In this document: positions 31,880 to 41,968 of the stretch, piece after piece
Layout of the letters: each line of letters begins with the position of its first letter
How positions within the stretch are numbered: position 1 is the stretch's first letter
IMG/VR virus record: IMGVR_UViG_3300021961_000054
Coordinates: 1 to 64,000 of that record
DNA length: 64,000 bases
Direction: 5' to 3' (one strand)
Source of the DNA: a virus
Notes under the pieces: generated by a model
Seen by the model: only the letters and a program-made list of their open reading frames with translations
What the model was told of the DNA's origin: nothing
Databases searched by the model: none
Program-made: the position numbers and the translations under genes

Positions 31880-34110
31880 TGTCATTTCCTTTAGAAATAT
31901 TAAATTTATCAATAACTGGTGATTGTTCATTAGTTAGTGGCGGGTCAATTAACCTTTTATTTACTGGTGGGACAGCACCATTGGCGGTTTATGAAGCACC
32001 AATAACAACTGGATTATTACCCACTTCAGGTTATACATCATTTGATTACACCCTTTATCAAGCTAGTGGATTACCACCCGGTGAATATTTTTTAACTATA
32101 GCAGATTCTTCAGCCTCAATCCCCGATATTGTTATACCATTCAATATTTCATCTGGAAGTACAGTACTAATAGATGCTGAAAATACAACTTGTGGTTTTA
32201 ATAATGGATCAATAACCGCATCAACTAGCAGTAATTTTGGACAAGTAACACTTAGTTTATATAATTCATTAGACAATTTAGTTGAAACACAAATAGCACC
32301 ATACCCAACTTCAACAGCATATTTTACAAATTTATCTGCTGATACATATTATGTTATTGGTGATGATGGTGGTGGCTGCACAGGACAAAGTGCTTCAGTT
32401 GTAATATTACCATCAACAAGCTTTAATTATGGTGCTTATATTGTAAATGACTCAAGTTGTGTATCAACTGAAGGACAAGGAAAGATAATAATAACAGGTC
32501 TTACAACACCAACAAGTGCGTATACAATAAATTGGATTAGTGATGTTAATGGTCAAACAGGAACAACAGTAACAGGATTAACACAAGGACTATATACTGT
32601 AGAAATAACAAATCCTATTGGTTGTACCAATCAACAAGCATTTTTTGTTGACTTAGTACCATTAGTTGGAATTGGCTCTTTAATTGTAACCCAACCCCCA
32701 AGCTGTTTTACAAGTGATGGTGAAGTAACTGTTGTTGTTACTGGTGGTACGGCTCCATATTTTTATGTTGGGTCAAATGGGGATACATTTGTTAATTTTA
32801 GCACATCACAAACATTTACGAATTTACCAGGAGGTTTATTTACTGTGACAGTCACAGACGCTGGACTTTGTAGTGCTTCACAATCGGTACTATTAAATAC
32901 ACCAAATAGTTTTGGTGGAATTACAATACAAACAACAAACTCAACTTGTAGTAACAATAATGGTCAAGTCTCGATTAGTTTAGGATTTGCAGCACCAGGG
33001 TCTTATAATTATAGTATATCTGGTATTAGCGGATCACTATTTTTTCAAGAAAATGGGGTGGGGACACAAACGACATTCCCAAACCTAACATCAGATGATT
33101 ATATAATAACAATTGACAATGGTAGTGGATGTATTTTTACCGGAACAACAACCATTAGTAATTTAGATAAATTTACAATAGGGACTACAATTAGTGGAAC
33201 TACTTGTGGTAGCAATAATGGAGAATTATTAGTTAGCTTATCTTCTGGTACAACAGGTAGTATCGCAACAACACCAGTGTTATATAACTTACAAGGACCA
33301 TTACCTTCACTATCAAATACAACACAACCTATTGGGTATTTCCCAAATTTACAAGAAGGGACATACCAATTAACAGTGACAGACTATAGTGGTTGTTCAC
33401 AAATTGAAACAGTTTTTATTGACCCATCTAGCGCTGTTGATTTTATTTTAGTTGGTACAAACCCATTTACTGGTTATGATGGTGAAATTACGACTTTAAT
33501 TACAAATGGGGTCCCACCATTTACATTAGTTTGGTCTGGAGATGTTATGGGGCAAACAGGCACAACAATAACTGGTTTAACATCAGGAACATACGAACTA
33601 ACAGTTATAGATAGTGAAGGATGTTATAGAACTAGATCAATAACATTAAATGGTACTATATTAGTTGGTGGATATGAATCATACGTTGTATCAACAGAAA
33701 CTTTTTCAGACACAGATTCAGTTAGTAAACGAGGTATACTACAAATGTATAACGAAGGATTTTCTGATTTAACTAGTGGTGATACAAATTGTATTGTAAC
33801 TGGTGCAACATTTACATTAGATGTTATAGTTGGGTCTGAGTCGAAACAAAACTTATTTTATACATCGACAGGTTTAACAGACTATCCATCTGATTATTTG
33901 TGGAGTGAAGCAATTAAAGAAACTTTAAATGAATTTGTTGGTATTGGAGAAGTTATTATAGATTTTAATACAAATAGTATTAAAATAACAAATGATTGTG
34001 ATGAAATTAAAAAAGATTGTAAAAGGGAGACATATAATCTATTAAACGATGAGAAAATCATAATAAATTTAATTATTGATTATGACATTGCTTGTGTAGA
34101 ATGTGCTTAA
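31879..34110 (+). CDS. SprB-repeat virion protein (adhesin-like)
   Basis: About 7 repeats of TCGxNNG/DGEVTV..GGTxPY..TGLTxGTYxLTVTDxxGC. Confidence 0.75.
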   Translation: MSFPLEILNLSITGDCSLVSGGSINLLFTGGTAPLAVYEAPITTGLLPTSGYTSFDYTLYQASGLPPGEYFLTIADSSASIPDIVIPFNISSGSTVLIDAENTTCGFNNGSITASTSSNFGQVTLSLYNSLDNLVETQIAPYPTSTAYFTNLSADTYYVIGDDGGGCTGQSASVVILPSTSFNYGAYIVNDSSCVSTEGQGKIIITGLTTPTSAYTINWISDVNGQTGTTVTGLTQGLYTVEITNPIGCTNQQAFFVDLVPLVGIGSLIVTQPPSCFTSDGEVTVVVTGGTAPYFYVGSNGDTFVNFSTSQTFTNLPGGLFTVTVTDAGLCSASQSVLLNTPNSFGGITIQTTNSTCSNNNGQVSISLGFAAPGSYNYSISGISGSLFFQENGVGTQTTFPNLTSDDYIITIDNGSGCIFTGTTTISNLDKFTIGTTISGTTCGSNNGELLVSLSSGTTGSIATTPVLYNLQGPLPSLSNTTQPIGYFPNLQEGTYQLTVTDYSGCSQIETVFIDPSSAVDFILVGTNPFTGYDGEITTLITNGVPPFTLVWSGDVMGQTGTTITGLTSGTYELTVIDSEGCYRTRSITLNGTILVGGYESYVVSTETFSDTDSVSKRGILQMYNEGFSDLTSGDTNCIVTGATFTLDVIVGSESKQNLFYTSTGLTDYPSDYLWSEAIKETLNEFVGIGEVIIDFNTNSIKITNDCDEIKKDCKRETYNLLNDEKIIINLIIDYDIACVECA

Positions 34111-34119
34111 TATATTTTT

Positions 34120-34416
34120 ATGAGTGAAATAACAATAAATACCATTTCAGGACTAACACCACCATATAGTGTTTATGTGTGTAATGTTTATGGCGTTTAT
34201 TGTGAATTTATAGGAGTTACAACAACAACACCAACAACAATAGTATTACCACCAGCTTTTGATTCAGCACCAATTGTGGGGATTAAAATAATTGATAGTA
34301 CTGGTTGCGAGAGATTTAAACTAGTTGAATGTCTTGATTTATCACTAGACGAAAAAGAATTCCAAAATGGAGACACATTTTATTTTATGGATTATGAAAT
34401 ATATCAATTCCAATAA
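34120..34416 (+). CDS. Small structural protein, paralogue of 43063..43284
   Basis: ITINTISGLTPPYSVYVC..C..IKIIDSTGC versus VIINDISGQTPFNVYVC..C..LRVIDDNSC. Confidence 0.65.
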   Translation: MSEITINTISGLTPPYSVYVCNVYGVYCEFIGVTTTTPTTIVLPPAFDSAPIVGIKIIDSTGCERFKLVECLDLSLDEKEFQNGDTFYFMDYEIYQFQ

Positions 34417-34446
34417 CTTAGATTATTGTATTTATAATTAAAAAAG

Positions 34447-35385
34447 ATGGCGTTATTAACAGATAGAACTTTAGCAACAGGCGTAACATTACAAGATTTA
34501 ATACACATTGTAATTCCAACAGATATTTCACAAAATCCAGCTGGATCATCATATAAAGCAACAATACAACAAATTGGGGACGCATTAAGTGGAAGTAGTT
34601 ATTGGACTTCAGGGTCAACTGGGAATTATTCAGTTAAAACAATTAATGACAGTGGATTAGATGCTATAGGTGAATATTCAGTAGCAAGTGGTTATTTAAC
34701 AACGGCAAGTGGTGATTATTCTTATGCGGAAGGAGTCGAAACAATAGCGTCAGCACCAATTTCGCATGCCGAGGGATATCAAACAATAGCTAGTGGCACA
34801 GCGTCTCATGCTGAGGGTGTGTTAACGATTGCCAGTGGTCAAACAGCCCACTCTGAGGGTTATAATACAATTGCTGGTGGTGTAGCAGCCCACTCTGAGG
34901 GTGGTTATAATCTAGCTTCTGGTGACTTTTCGCATGCTGAGGGTCATGAAACAAAAGCTTCTGGTTATTCTTCACATACTGAGGGTGATAATACTAGTGC
35001 TTCTGGTGATTATTCTCACGCTGAAGGTAGATATACATATGCTAATGGTATGACATCACATGCTGAGGGTTCTGGTACCACTGCTAATGGTGCGGCAACA
35101 CATTCTGGTGGGTTTAATACTAGCGCATTGGGGGACTATTCCTTTATACATTCAAATAATTCAATAGTAACTGGTGATAGAAGTGTTGTTTTGGGTGGTC
35201 AGGGTATAACTGGTACAACAAGTGATACTGTTTATGTTCCAGATTTTGTAATTAAAAAAACCGCATCTGTACCAACTAGCTCTGCTGATGCTGTTGGTGA
35301 AAATGGTTCCATTACTTGGGATAATACTTATTTTTATTGGAAGGCAAATGGGCAATGGCTTAGAGTTTCTGGGTCAACATTTTAA
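34447..35385 (+). CDS. Tail fibre/adhesin with YadA-head-like SHAEG repeats
   Basis: Ten 14-aa repeats of the type TxASGxxSHAEG; C-terminal GENGSITWDNTYFYWK..WLRV fibre module. Confidence 0.75.
   Translation: MALLTDRTLATGVTLQDLIHIVIPTDISQNPAGSSYKATIQQIGDALSGSSYWTSGSTGNYSVKTINDSGLDAIGEYSVASGYLTTASGDYSYAEGVETIASAPISHAEGYQTIASGTASHAEGVLTIASGQTAHSEGYNTIAGGVAAHSEGGYNLASGDFSHAEGHETKASGYSSHTEGDNTSASGDYSHAEGRYTYANGMTSHAEGSGTTANGAATHSGGFNTSALGDYSFIHSNNSIVTGDRSVVLGGQGITGTTSDTVYVPDFVIKKTASVPTSSADAVGENGSITWDNTYFYWKANGQWLRVSGSTF
34660..35150 (+). repeat. Degenerate 42-bp coding tandem repeat (SHAEG beta-roll units)
   Basis: Recurrent CA(T/C)(G/T)CTGAGGGT at 42-nt spacing. Confidence 0.8.
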
Positions 35386-35533
35386 TAATATATTAAAAAT
35401 TTAACTAATCACAAAATAAAGATTTACACTTTTTCTAAAATCAAACTATCTATATTTATTTGGTATTTTTAACAAAAAAAATGTATTCATTATTTTAACA
35501 TTTAAATTATATTTAAAAATATAATATTAAAGA

Positions 35534-36508
35534 ATGAATAATTTAGTTTTTGTTACAGCACAACCAGACGTACCTTATTTTCATTGGCAAATAAAATTAT
35601 ATACACATAATTTTATTGAAAAAGGAATTGACCCAAAAAATATACACGTCATTTTAGCCATGGTCCATGGCGCTACAACACAATCAGAAGGTGCTAAAGA
35701 ATTATTAAACCAAGGATATAACGTTCATTTTTATAAAGACGATAGAGATAAAAAGTCATATATCCCAAGTATAAAACCATACCTAGTTTCAAAATGGTTA
35801 GAAGAATATCCAGAATTTGGTAAAGTATTCTTTTTACATGATGCGGACATTATATTTAACAAATTACCAGATTTTGATAAATTATTAAGTGATGATATAA
35901 GTTATTTATCAGATACAATTGGTTATATTGGATATAATTATATTATGGATTGTTGTGATCGATATGAAAAACAACACCCAGAATCAGAAAAAGGACAATT
36001 AATACAAGAAATGGCCAATGTTGTCGGACTAGATGTTGAGACAATTAAAAATAATCAAGAAAATTCTGGTGGAGGCCAGTATATTATAAAAAATACAGAT
36101 TATAAACTTTGGGATAAGATATACAAAGATTGTACACCATTATATAATCAAATGTTAGATTACCAAAGAAGATTCCCAATAAATCCTGGTCAAATACAAT
36201 TTTGGACGGCAGAAATGTGGTCAGTACTTTGGAATTTATGGTTAGTTGGTAATGAAACCAAAATAACAAAAGAGTTAGATTTTTCTTGGGCAACAGACGA
36301 TATAAAAAGGTATGAAGAAATGCCAATACTTCATATGGCAGGTGTAACAGATAATTTAAAAGATGTTAAATTTTATAAGGGGGATTATATTAATAAAGAC
36401 CCAATCAAATCATTAATAAATAACCCAAACCATTTTGATTATATTGATAAAAATAGTTCTACAATAAAATATATCGAATTAATGAAATCTTTTATAAAAA
36501 ATAAATAA
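35534..36508 (+). CDS. GT-A fold glycosyltransferase resembling plant peptidyl-serine galactosyltransferase / hydroxyproline O-arabinosyltransferase families
   Basis: DxD motif FLHDADIIF plus YFHWQ, SIKPYLVSKWL, GGGQYII, WTAEMWS and ILHMAG in the order I recall for SERGT/HPAT enzymes. Confidence 0.65.
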   Translation: MNNLVFVTAQPDVPYFHWQIKLYTHNFIEKGIDPKNIHVILAMVHGATTQSEGAKELLNQGYNVHFYKDDRDKKSYIPSIKPYLVSKWLEEYPEFGKVFFLHDADIIFNKLPDFDKLLSDDISYLSDTIGYIGYNYIMDCCDRYEKQHPESEKGQLIQEMANVVGLDVETIKNNQENSGGGQYIIKNTDYKLWDKIYKDCTPLYNQMLDYQRRFPINPGQIQFWTAEMWSVLWNLWLVGNETKITKELDFSWATDDIKRYEEMPILHMAGVTDNLKDVKFYKGDYINKDPIKSLINNPNHFDYIDKNSSTIKYIELMKSFIKNK

Positions 36509-36532
36509 ATGATTATTTATATATAAAACAAT

Positions 36533-38803
36533 ATGGCAGGGTGCGATCAATGTAGGCAAACTATTTTAGTAAATACAGGTGTAACGGTTAGTGTTGCAAC
36601 ATTAATTGATTGTAGTGGTAATACAACATCTTTTAGTTTAGCACCAACATCTGGATTCACAACATACGAACCATATATTACCGATTTTTGTAGTGGAACC
36701 ACAATTAGCGGTGATACACTATATATCGATAATGATTATCCACTAACACATTGGTACTCCTTTAGTTCTTGTTGTAATAACGAAGAGTTTATCGTCTACT
36801 CAAGTTCAAAACTAATCCAAACAGGAGAGACAATAAATATAATTGATTCTAAATCATATAATGGAAATGTATATACCGGATGTTATACCTGTACAAATAC
36901 TGATAAAATTGGTTCTAACGAACCTATTTTAGATAGATTAATATATTTTGAACCACAAGGAAGTCCTATTGAAGGCATTATTATCTATAAACTAGGCTGC
37001 GTAAGTTGTCTTGAAGTAAATCCATGTCCTACAATATGTTATAAATTATATTCTTGTGACAATCTATATGATCCATTTTATAGTAAAAACGAAGGACTAT
37101 CTGGTTTTGTGAATAATTATGTTTCTTTAACAACTAGTGGTATAACTAATGGATGTTTTTATGTTACAGGAGTTGAAAGTTGCGACAATTATGAAGATGT
37201 TACAATAAATTATGATATAATGTGTGAGTGCACATGTAGTTGCTACACTTATACAATACCTGAGAATTCTAAACCAATAATAATAACTTATATTGATTGC
37301 AATGATAACGAAATATCTAATTATGTTAATACAGGCGCCACAACAAGTATTTGTTCAAAGATAACTCCTTTATTTTATAATGAAGTAAATCGAATTATAA
37401 TCCCAATTAAAAATAATGGTCCATGTATTAATGGAGAATGTCAAAAACAACCAATAACAATAAAACCAAGAAATGAGTGTGATGTTATAACTATTTTCCC
37501 TATGGGAGTTAGTTGCTTAGTAACAAACCCATCATCAGTAAATTCATTTGATGGTTATACATACTTACAAATAACAGGAGGAACACCACCATATACAGTA
37601 ATGTGGGAGAATGGAAGTTATGGACAATCTTTAAGTGATTTAAACATAGGTGAATATAGTGCGACAGTTACAGATTTTTATGGTGATTTTATAATTAACA
37701 CAACTTGCGTATTAACAGCTACAACAACTACTAGCACAACAACCACAACAACAACAATACCAGTAATTTATGGACCATTATGTCTATCATATAATGAAAG
37801 TGTACATTATAATACCACAACAACACAAGTCCAATTTGAACCATCTATCAACATTAACAATCAACCAAGTTGGACTGGTACAACAGACTATTTACTATAT
37901 TGGAACGAAAATCAATGGATTATAACTGGAAGTACAATTAATGGGGATTTAGTAAATAATAATCCAATAACACCACCATTAGTTGGTTGGCAATTCCTAG
38001 GTAATCCATATTATGTTGCGGATACATTATTATTATATTCAGGTTTATGCACTAGTGGTGAAGCAATAATTTTAAATCAAATTGCAAATACAAATGTTGA
38101 CTGTAATAATTTAGGATCAATTGCAATAACACCAAATGGAGGTACACAACCATATTTATACTCAATTAATGGAGGAATAAACTACTATAACACACCAATA
38201 TTTAATAATTTACAACCAGGCACATATTTCATTAAAACTAAAGATTCTTTAGATAATGAATCACAAATAACAGAGGTATTAGTTGAAAATATACCAACAC
38301 AACAATATACATTATCATTAAATGTTGATCAAAACACAAATACATTTACAATAACACCAGATAGTAGTTTACCACCATATCAAACTATATCATTTAATTT
38401 TGGACATATTAGTACCTTCATTGGAGTATCAACAATAAATCCAGGGCAATCATATGACAATATAGTAAGTTTTGGTGCTTTAGGAACTATGACATATGTT
38501 GGACAAAATAATTCAACAGATACTATAATTTGTGGTGGATATGTTACTCCTAGACAAATACAACAAACAACATATACAAAAGCACTAACAATAAATGGTG
38601 GTGAGACAATAACTGGATCATTTACTGATTTACTAAACTATGGGATTTGGACACCAACCGAATGTAGATATATAGATGGTCAGTACACATTATTCATTGA
38701 AAGTGCTAATTGTGGCGACTGTTGTATTGTAAAAATTATAAATCCACCATTAACACAAAATCTTGGAGGAGGTAATTTTGTGTTACCACCAAAATTACCA
38801 TAA
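36533..38803 (+). CDS. Cys-rich virion protein with SprB repeats and a poly-Thr tract
   Basis: Dense Cys in the N-terminal half; ITGGTPPYTVMW and GGTQPYLYSINGG..LQPGTY repeats; TATTTTSTTTTTTT. Confidence 0.65.
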   Translation: MAGCDQCRQTILVNTGVTVSVATLIDCSGNTTSFSLAPTSGFTTYEPYITDFCSGTTISGDTLYIDNDYPLTHWYSFSSCCNNEEFIVYSSSKLIQTGETINIIDSKSYNGNVYTGCYTCTNTDKIGSNEPILDRLIYFEPQGSPIEGIIIYKLGCVSCLEVNPCPTICYKLYSCDNLYDPFYSKNEGLSGFVNNYVSLTTSGITNGCFYVTGVESCDNYEDVTINYDIMCECTCSCYTYTIPENSKPIIITYIDCNDNEISNYVNTGATTSICSKITPLFYNEVNRIIIPIKNNGPCINGECQKQPITIKPRNECDVITIFPMGVSCLVTNPSSVNSFDGYTYLQITGGTPPYTVMWENGSYGQSLSDLNIGEYSATVTDFYGDFIINTTCVLTATTTTSTTTTTTTIPVIYGPLCLSYNESVHYNTTTTQVQFEPSININNQPSWTGTTDYLLYWNENQWIITGSTINGDLVNNNPITPPLVGWQFLGNPYYVADTLLLYSGLCTSGEAIILNQIANTNVDCNNLGSIAITPNGGTQPYLYSINGGINYYNTPIFNNLQPGTYFIKTKDSLDNESQITEVLVENIPTQQYTLSLNVDQNTNTFTITPDSSLPPYQTISFNFGHISTFIGVSTINPGQSYDNIVSFGALGTMTYVGQNNSTDTIICGGYVTPRQIQQTTYTKALTINGGETITGSFTDLLNYGIWTPTECRYIDGQYTLFIESANCGDCCIVKIINPPLTQNLGGGNFVLPPKLP

Positions 38804-38830
38804 AATATCATTACTTAGTATTTATTAGAA

Positions 38831-41308
38831 ATGGCATATATAATAAAAAATACATCGGGATTAGTAAACACTAGAGTTACAGACATTGGACGCCAAAAAT
38901 TATCACAAGGTAACTTTAAAATTTCATATTTTCAGATTGGAGATAGTGAAATTTCATATGATAAAATTCCACAAAATTATAACCAATCAAATAGCTTTGT
39001 ATTAGAGCCGCAATTTAATTCACAAAATGCCGCAGGTGTTCCACAATCAAATAGACAATATGTAAAATATCCATATTTAGTTGATGAAGCACAAACCAAT
39101 ATATATGGAATTCCATATATGGATTCACTAATTGAATCTGTATTTAATAGAGCACCACTTAGAGGATTTTTTACTGGGGACACAACACAAGGTATAATAA
39201 ATTGGGACTTATTGACTAATGACAAATATGTTGTTAGTGCAAATTATATTGTAAATACTGCAACCCTAAATGGGTCTAATCAAATTGAAATTATATATTC
39301 AGGAACTAATACTAGTAATTTACAAACACCACAAATTGGTGATATAATTACAATATACTATGATGGTAAAGCCAAAAATAACGTTGAGTGTTTTAATTTG
39401 CCAACACCAACACCAACACCAAGTATTAGTTCATCACCAACAACCGCAACTACAACAACTACAACAACAATAGTTGATTGTGCTTCACCAACACCTACAC
39501 CTACACCAAGTAAGACACCTTGTTTAACACCAACACCAAGTCCACAATGTCCATTACCACCATACCCAGATTGTTTTATGGGTATGAATAGTTGTACTAT
39601 AATGTTAACATATAGAATTATTGATGTTTGTAAAAATACGTTAACATTAGATAGACCAACACCAGATTATAGATTTTTCCCAAGTGATTGTTATTCTAGA
39701 GTAATTATTTACCCATCGAATATGACACAAATATACGATAGCATAACCCCAGAGCCACATTGGAACGATCAGGTAATTGATTTTGAATCAATTTGTGATA
39801 CTGACCAATTTGATGTTAAAATATGGAATATGAATATACCTTGGACTGAAAATCCAGCAGGGATAATTGAAACACAATATGAAGGATACCAAAATTCATT
39901 ATCTATTGACTATATTGGGTCTAAAGAATATTTTGGATATAACTCAAGTGAGGGACAAACAGATACTAGTGCAACTTTTTATTATAATTCATTAGGTGAT
40001 ATTGTAACAACAAAACCAGAAGACCAAAAAGCAATTGCGATTATACATTATACAAATCAAACAATAGATTTCTTTTATGGTGAAAAATTTGCATTAGAAC
40101 CATATAACCCATCGAATCCTAGTGATACAACAGGACAAGCAAGAAACTTTAAACTACATATTCCTTGGTTAATGTGGCATAAAAACCCTAATTGTTGTAA
40201 TGGTCAAACGTTTTGGGTTGACCCACCAGGATTTGATGACAAAGACTTATTTAAACCATATTATATTAAATCCACAAGGAATGAAACTATGAACCAACCA
40301 GGTATTAGGTATTATCATTTGTGGGACACAAACAAAAATAACGATGGGCTACCAAATAGAATTGGTAAAGTATTTCCAGATAGTAAATTAGTTATTATTG
40401 ATGATGATGAGATTATTGCTGCAATGTCATATAAAGCAAATAGAAACTGGACATTACCAGCACCACAATTATCACTATTAACACCAAATACATGTGACAC
40501 AACAACATCACAATTTGGTATTTTAACAGGTAGTAATCAAACTATGTATGTAACATATAGATTAACAAATAAATTTGGATTTACAAATTCGTTACATTGT
40601 AATTATTATGTTAAAATACAAGGTAACAATAATGAATGTAATCCAGATACAACTAAAAATGTTGCTATTAGATTTGGCGAAGAGTTTGGATGTTTAATAC
40701 AACCAGGATATTCACCAGTTACAACTACTACAACATATTATCCAGTTACAACAACAAGTACTACATACCCATGTTATGGATGTGAACTACCAGATGGGTA
40801 TTTTGGTGACGAATTCCAAGTCCTAGCACAAATTGTTGCAACAGGAGAAAGACCGGACCCGACAAAGTGGAAAATAATTGATTTTACAAGTCAAATTAGT
40901 AACAATTTTATAAATGGGTACATAACACAAGAATCAATTGTTAATAGTACCTTTGTTATAACAAATGAGAATTATCAAGCAGCACCTTATTATAATTTAA
41001 ATGATTATATACCATTAACACCATTAAATACAACAACTAAAAAATTAAATTTTGGCGATGAGTTTTATTTTTATGGTGCAATAGAAACAGACATACAAGC
41101 AACAATATATGAAATGAAATACAAAATAAACCTAAGTTCAAACGAGTTTCAAGTATCAACAAACCCATCTTGGACATTGGGGACTCCATCATATATAACA
41201 GAAATTGCTCTACTTGATGATAATAAAGATATTTTGGTTATGTCTAAATTACAATCACCTACATTAAGACAAGGTATACAGCAGTATGTGGTTAAGATAG
41301 ATTTCTAA
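38831..41308 (+). CDS. Virion (baseplate/tail) protein with Pro-Thr and poly-Thr inserts
   Basis: N-terminal TRVTDIGRQKLSQGNFKISYFQIGDSEI and C-terminal YITEIALLDDNKDILVMSKLQSP, typical of tail-collar/baseplate proteins; PTPTPTP and TTTTT inserts. Confidence 0.65.
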   Translation: MAYIIKNTSGLVNTRVTDIGRQKLSQGNFKISYFQIGDSEISYDKIPQNYNQSNSFVLEPQFNSQNAAGVPQSNRQYVKYPYLVDEAQTNIYGIPYMDSLIESVFNRAPLRGFFTGDTTQGIINWDLLTNDKYVVSANYIVNTATLNGSNQIEIIYSGTNTSNLQTPQIGDIITIYYDGKAKNNVECFNLPTPTPTPSISSSPTTATTTTTTTIVDCASPTPTPTPSKTPCLTPTPSPQCPLPPYPDCFMGMNSCTIMLTYRIIDVCKNTLTLDRPTPDYRFFPSDCYSRVIIYPSNMTQIYDSITPEPHWNDQVIDFESICDTDQFDVKIWNMNIPWTENPAGIIETQYEGYQNSLSIDYIGSKEYFGYNSSEGQTDTSATFYYNSLGDIVTTKPEDQKAIAIIHYTNQTIDFFYGEKFALEPYNPSNPSDTTGQARNFKLHIPWLMWHKNPNCCNGQTFWVDPPGFDDKDLFKPYYIKSTRNETMNQPGIRYYHLWDTNKNNDGLPNRIGKVFPDSKLVIIDDDEIIAAMSYKANRNWTLPAPQLSLLTPNTCDTTTSQFGILTGSNQTMYVTYRLTNKFGFTNSLHCNYYVKIQGNNNECNPDTTKNVAIRFGEEFGCLIQPGYSPVTTTTTYYPVTTTSTTYPCYGCELPDGYFGDEFQVLAQIVATGERPDPTKWKIIDFTSQISNNFINGYITQESIVNSTFVITNENYQAAPYYNLNDYIPLTPLNTTTKKLNFGDEFYFYGAIETDIQATIYEMKYKINLSSNEFQVSTNPSWTLGTPSYITEIALLDDNKDILVMSKLQSPTLRQGIQQYVVKIDF

Positions 41309-41359
41309 AAAACATTTAGTTTTAAATAAAATCAATTACTTTCTAATAAAACATAGTAT

Positions 41360-41968
41360 ATGGCAAAAGATATTAAAAACACACCAAAGGTTTTAGGATT
41401 AGACATATCAACAAAAACAATAGGGTGGGCATTATTTGACGTAAAAAGTCAAGAGTTACTAGAATTAACACACATCTCACCTAGGCCAAAAATGGATAAA
41501 AATAATGATGATAAATTAAAAGAGTTATTACTTAAGTCTGAAATTTTTGCACAAAAACTAATGGAATATAAAAATTTAGGTATATTAAAAGTGATAATTG
41601 AAGAACCATTATTAAACTCAAACAACATATACACAATACAAACACTATTAAGATTTAATAGCTTTATTTTTAAAGAAATTTATAATATTTTAGGAATTGT
41701 ACCACAATTTATATCAACATATAACGCAAGAAAATTTGCCTGGCCAGAACTAGTAAAAGAAAACGAAAAGGGTAAACACGTATTATTTGGCGGCCTACCA
41801 AAGGATATTGATAAAAAAATGTTAGTATGGGAAAAAGTAGCAAAAAAAGAACCACAAATTATATGGTCATACACAAAAAATAATACACTTAGAAAAGAAA
41901 ATTTTGATCAAACAGACGCGTATACTTGCGTCTTAGGCTATATGAAATCAAATGAAATTTGGAAATAA
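41360..41968 (+). CDS. ruvC: RuvC-like Holliday junction resolvase
   Basis: VLGLDISTKTIGWALF, VIIEEP, FDQTDAY acidic catalytic motifs. Confidence 0.8.
   Translation: MAKDIKNTPKVLGLDISTKTIGWALFDVKSQELLELTHISPRPKMDKNNDDKLKELLLKSEIFAQKLMEYKNLGILKVIIEEPLLNSNNIYTIQTLLRFNSFIFKEIYNILGIVPQFISTYNARKFAWPELVKENEKGKHVLFGGLPKDIDKKMLVWEKVAKKEPQIIWSYTKNNTLRKENFDQTDAYTCVLGYMKSNEIWK

Noticed and set aside
34660-35150. Diversity-generating retroelement or CRISPR-like repeat in the fibre gene
   Set aside because: Repeats are in-frame 14-aa protein units; no reverse transcriptase or adenine-specific template/variable pair seen in the window.
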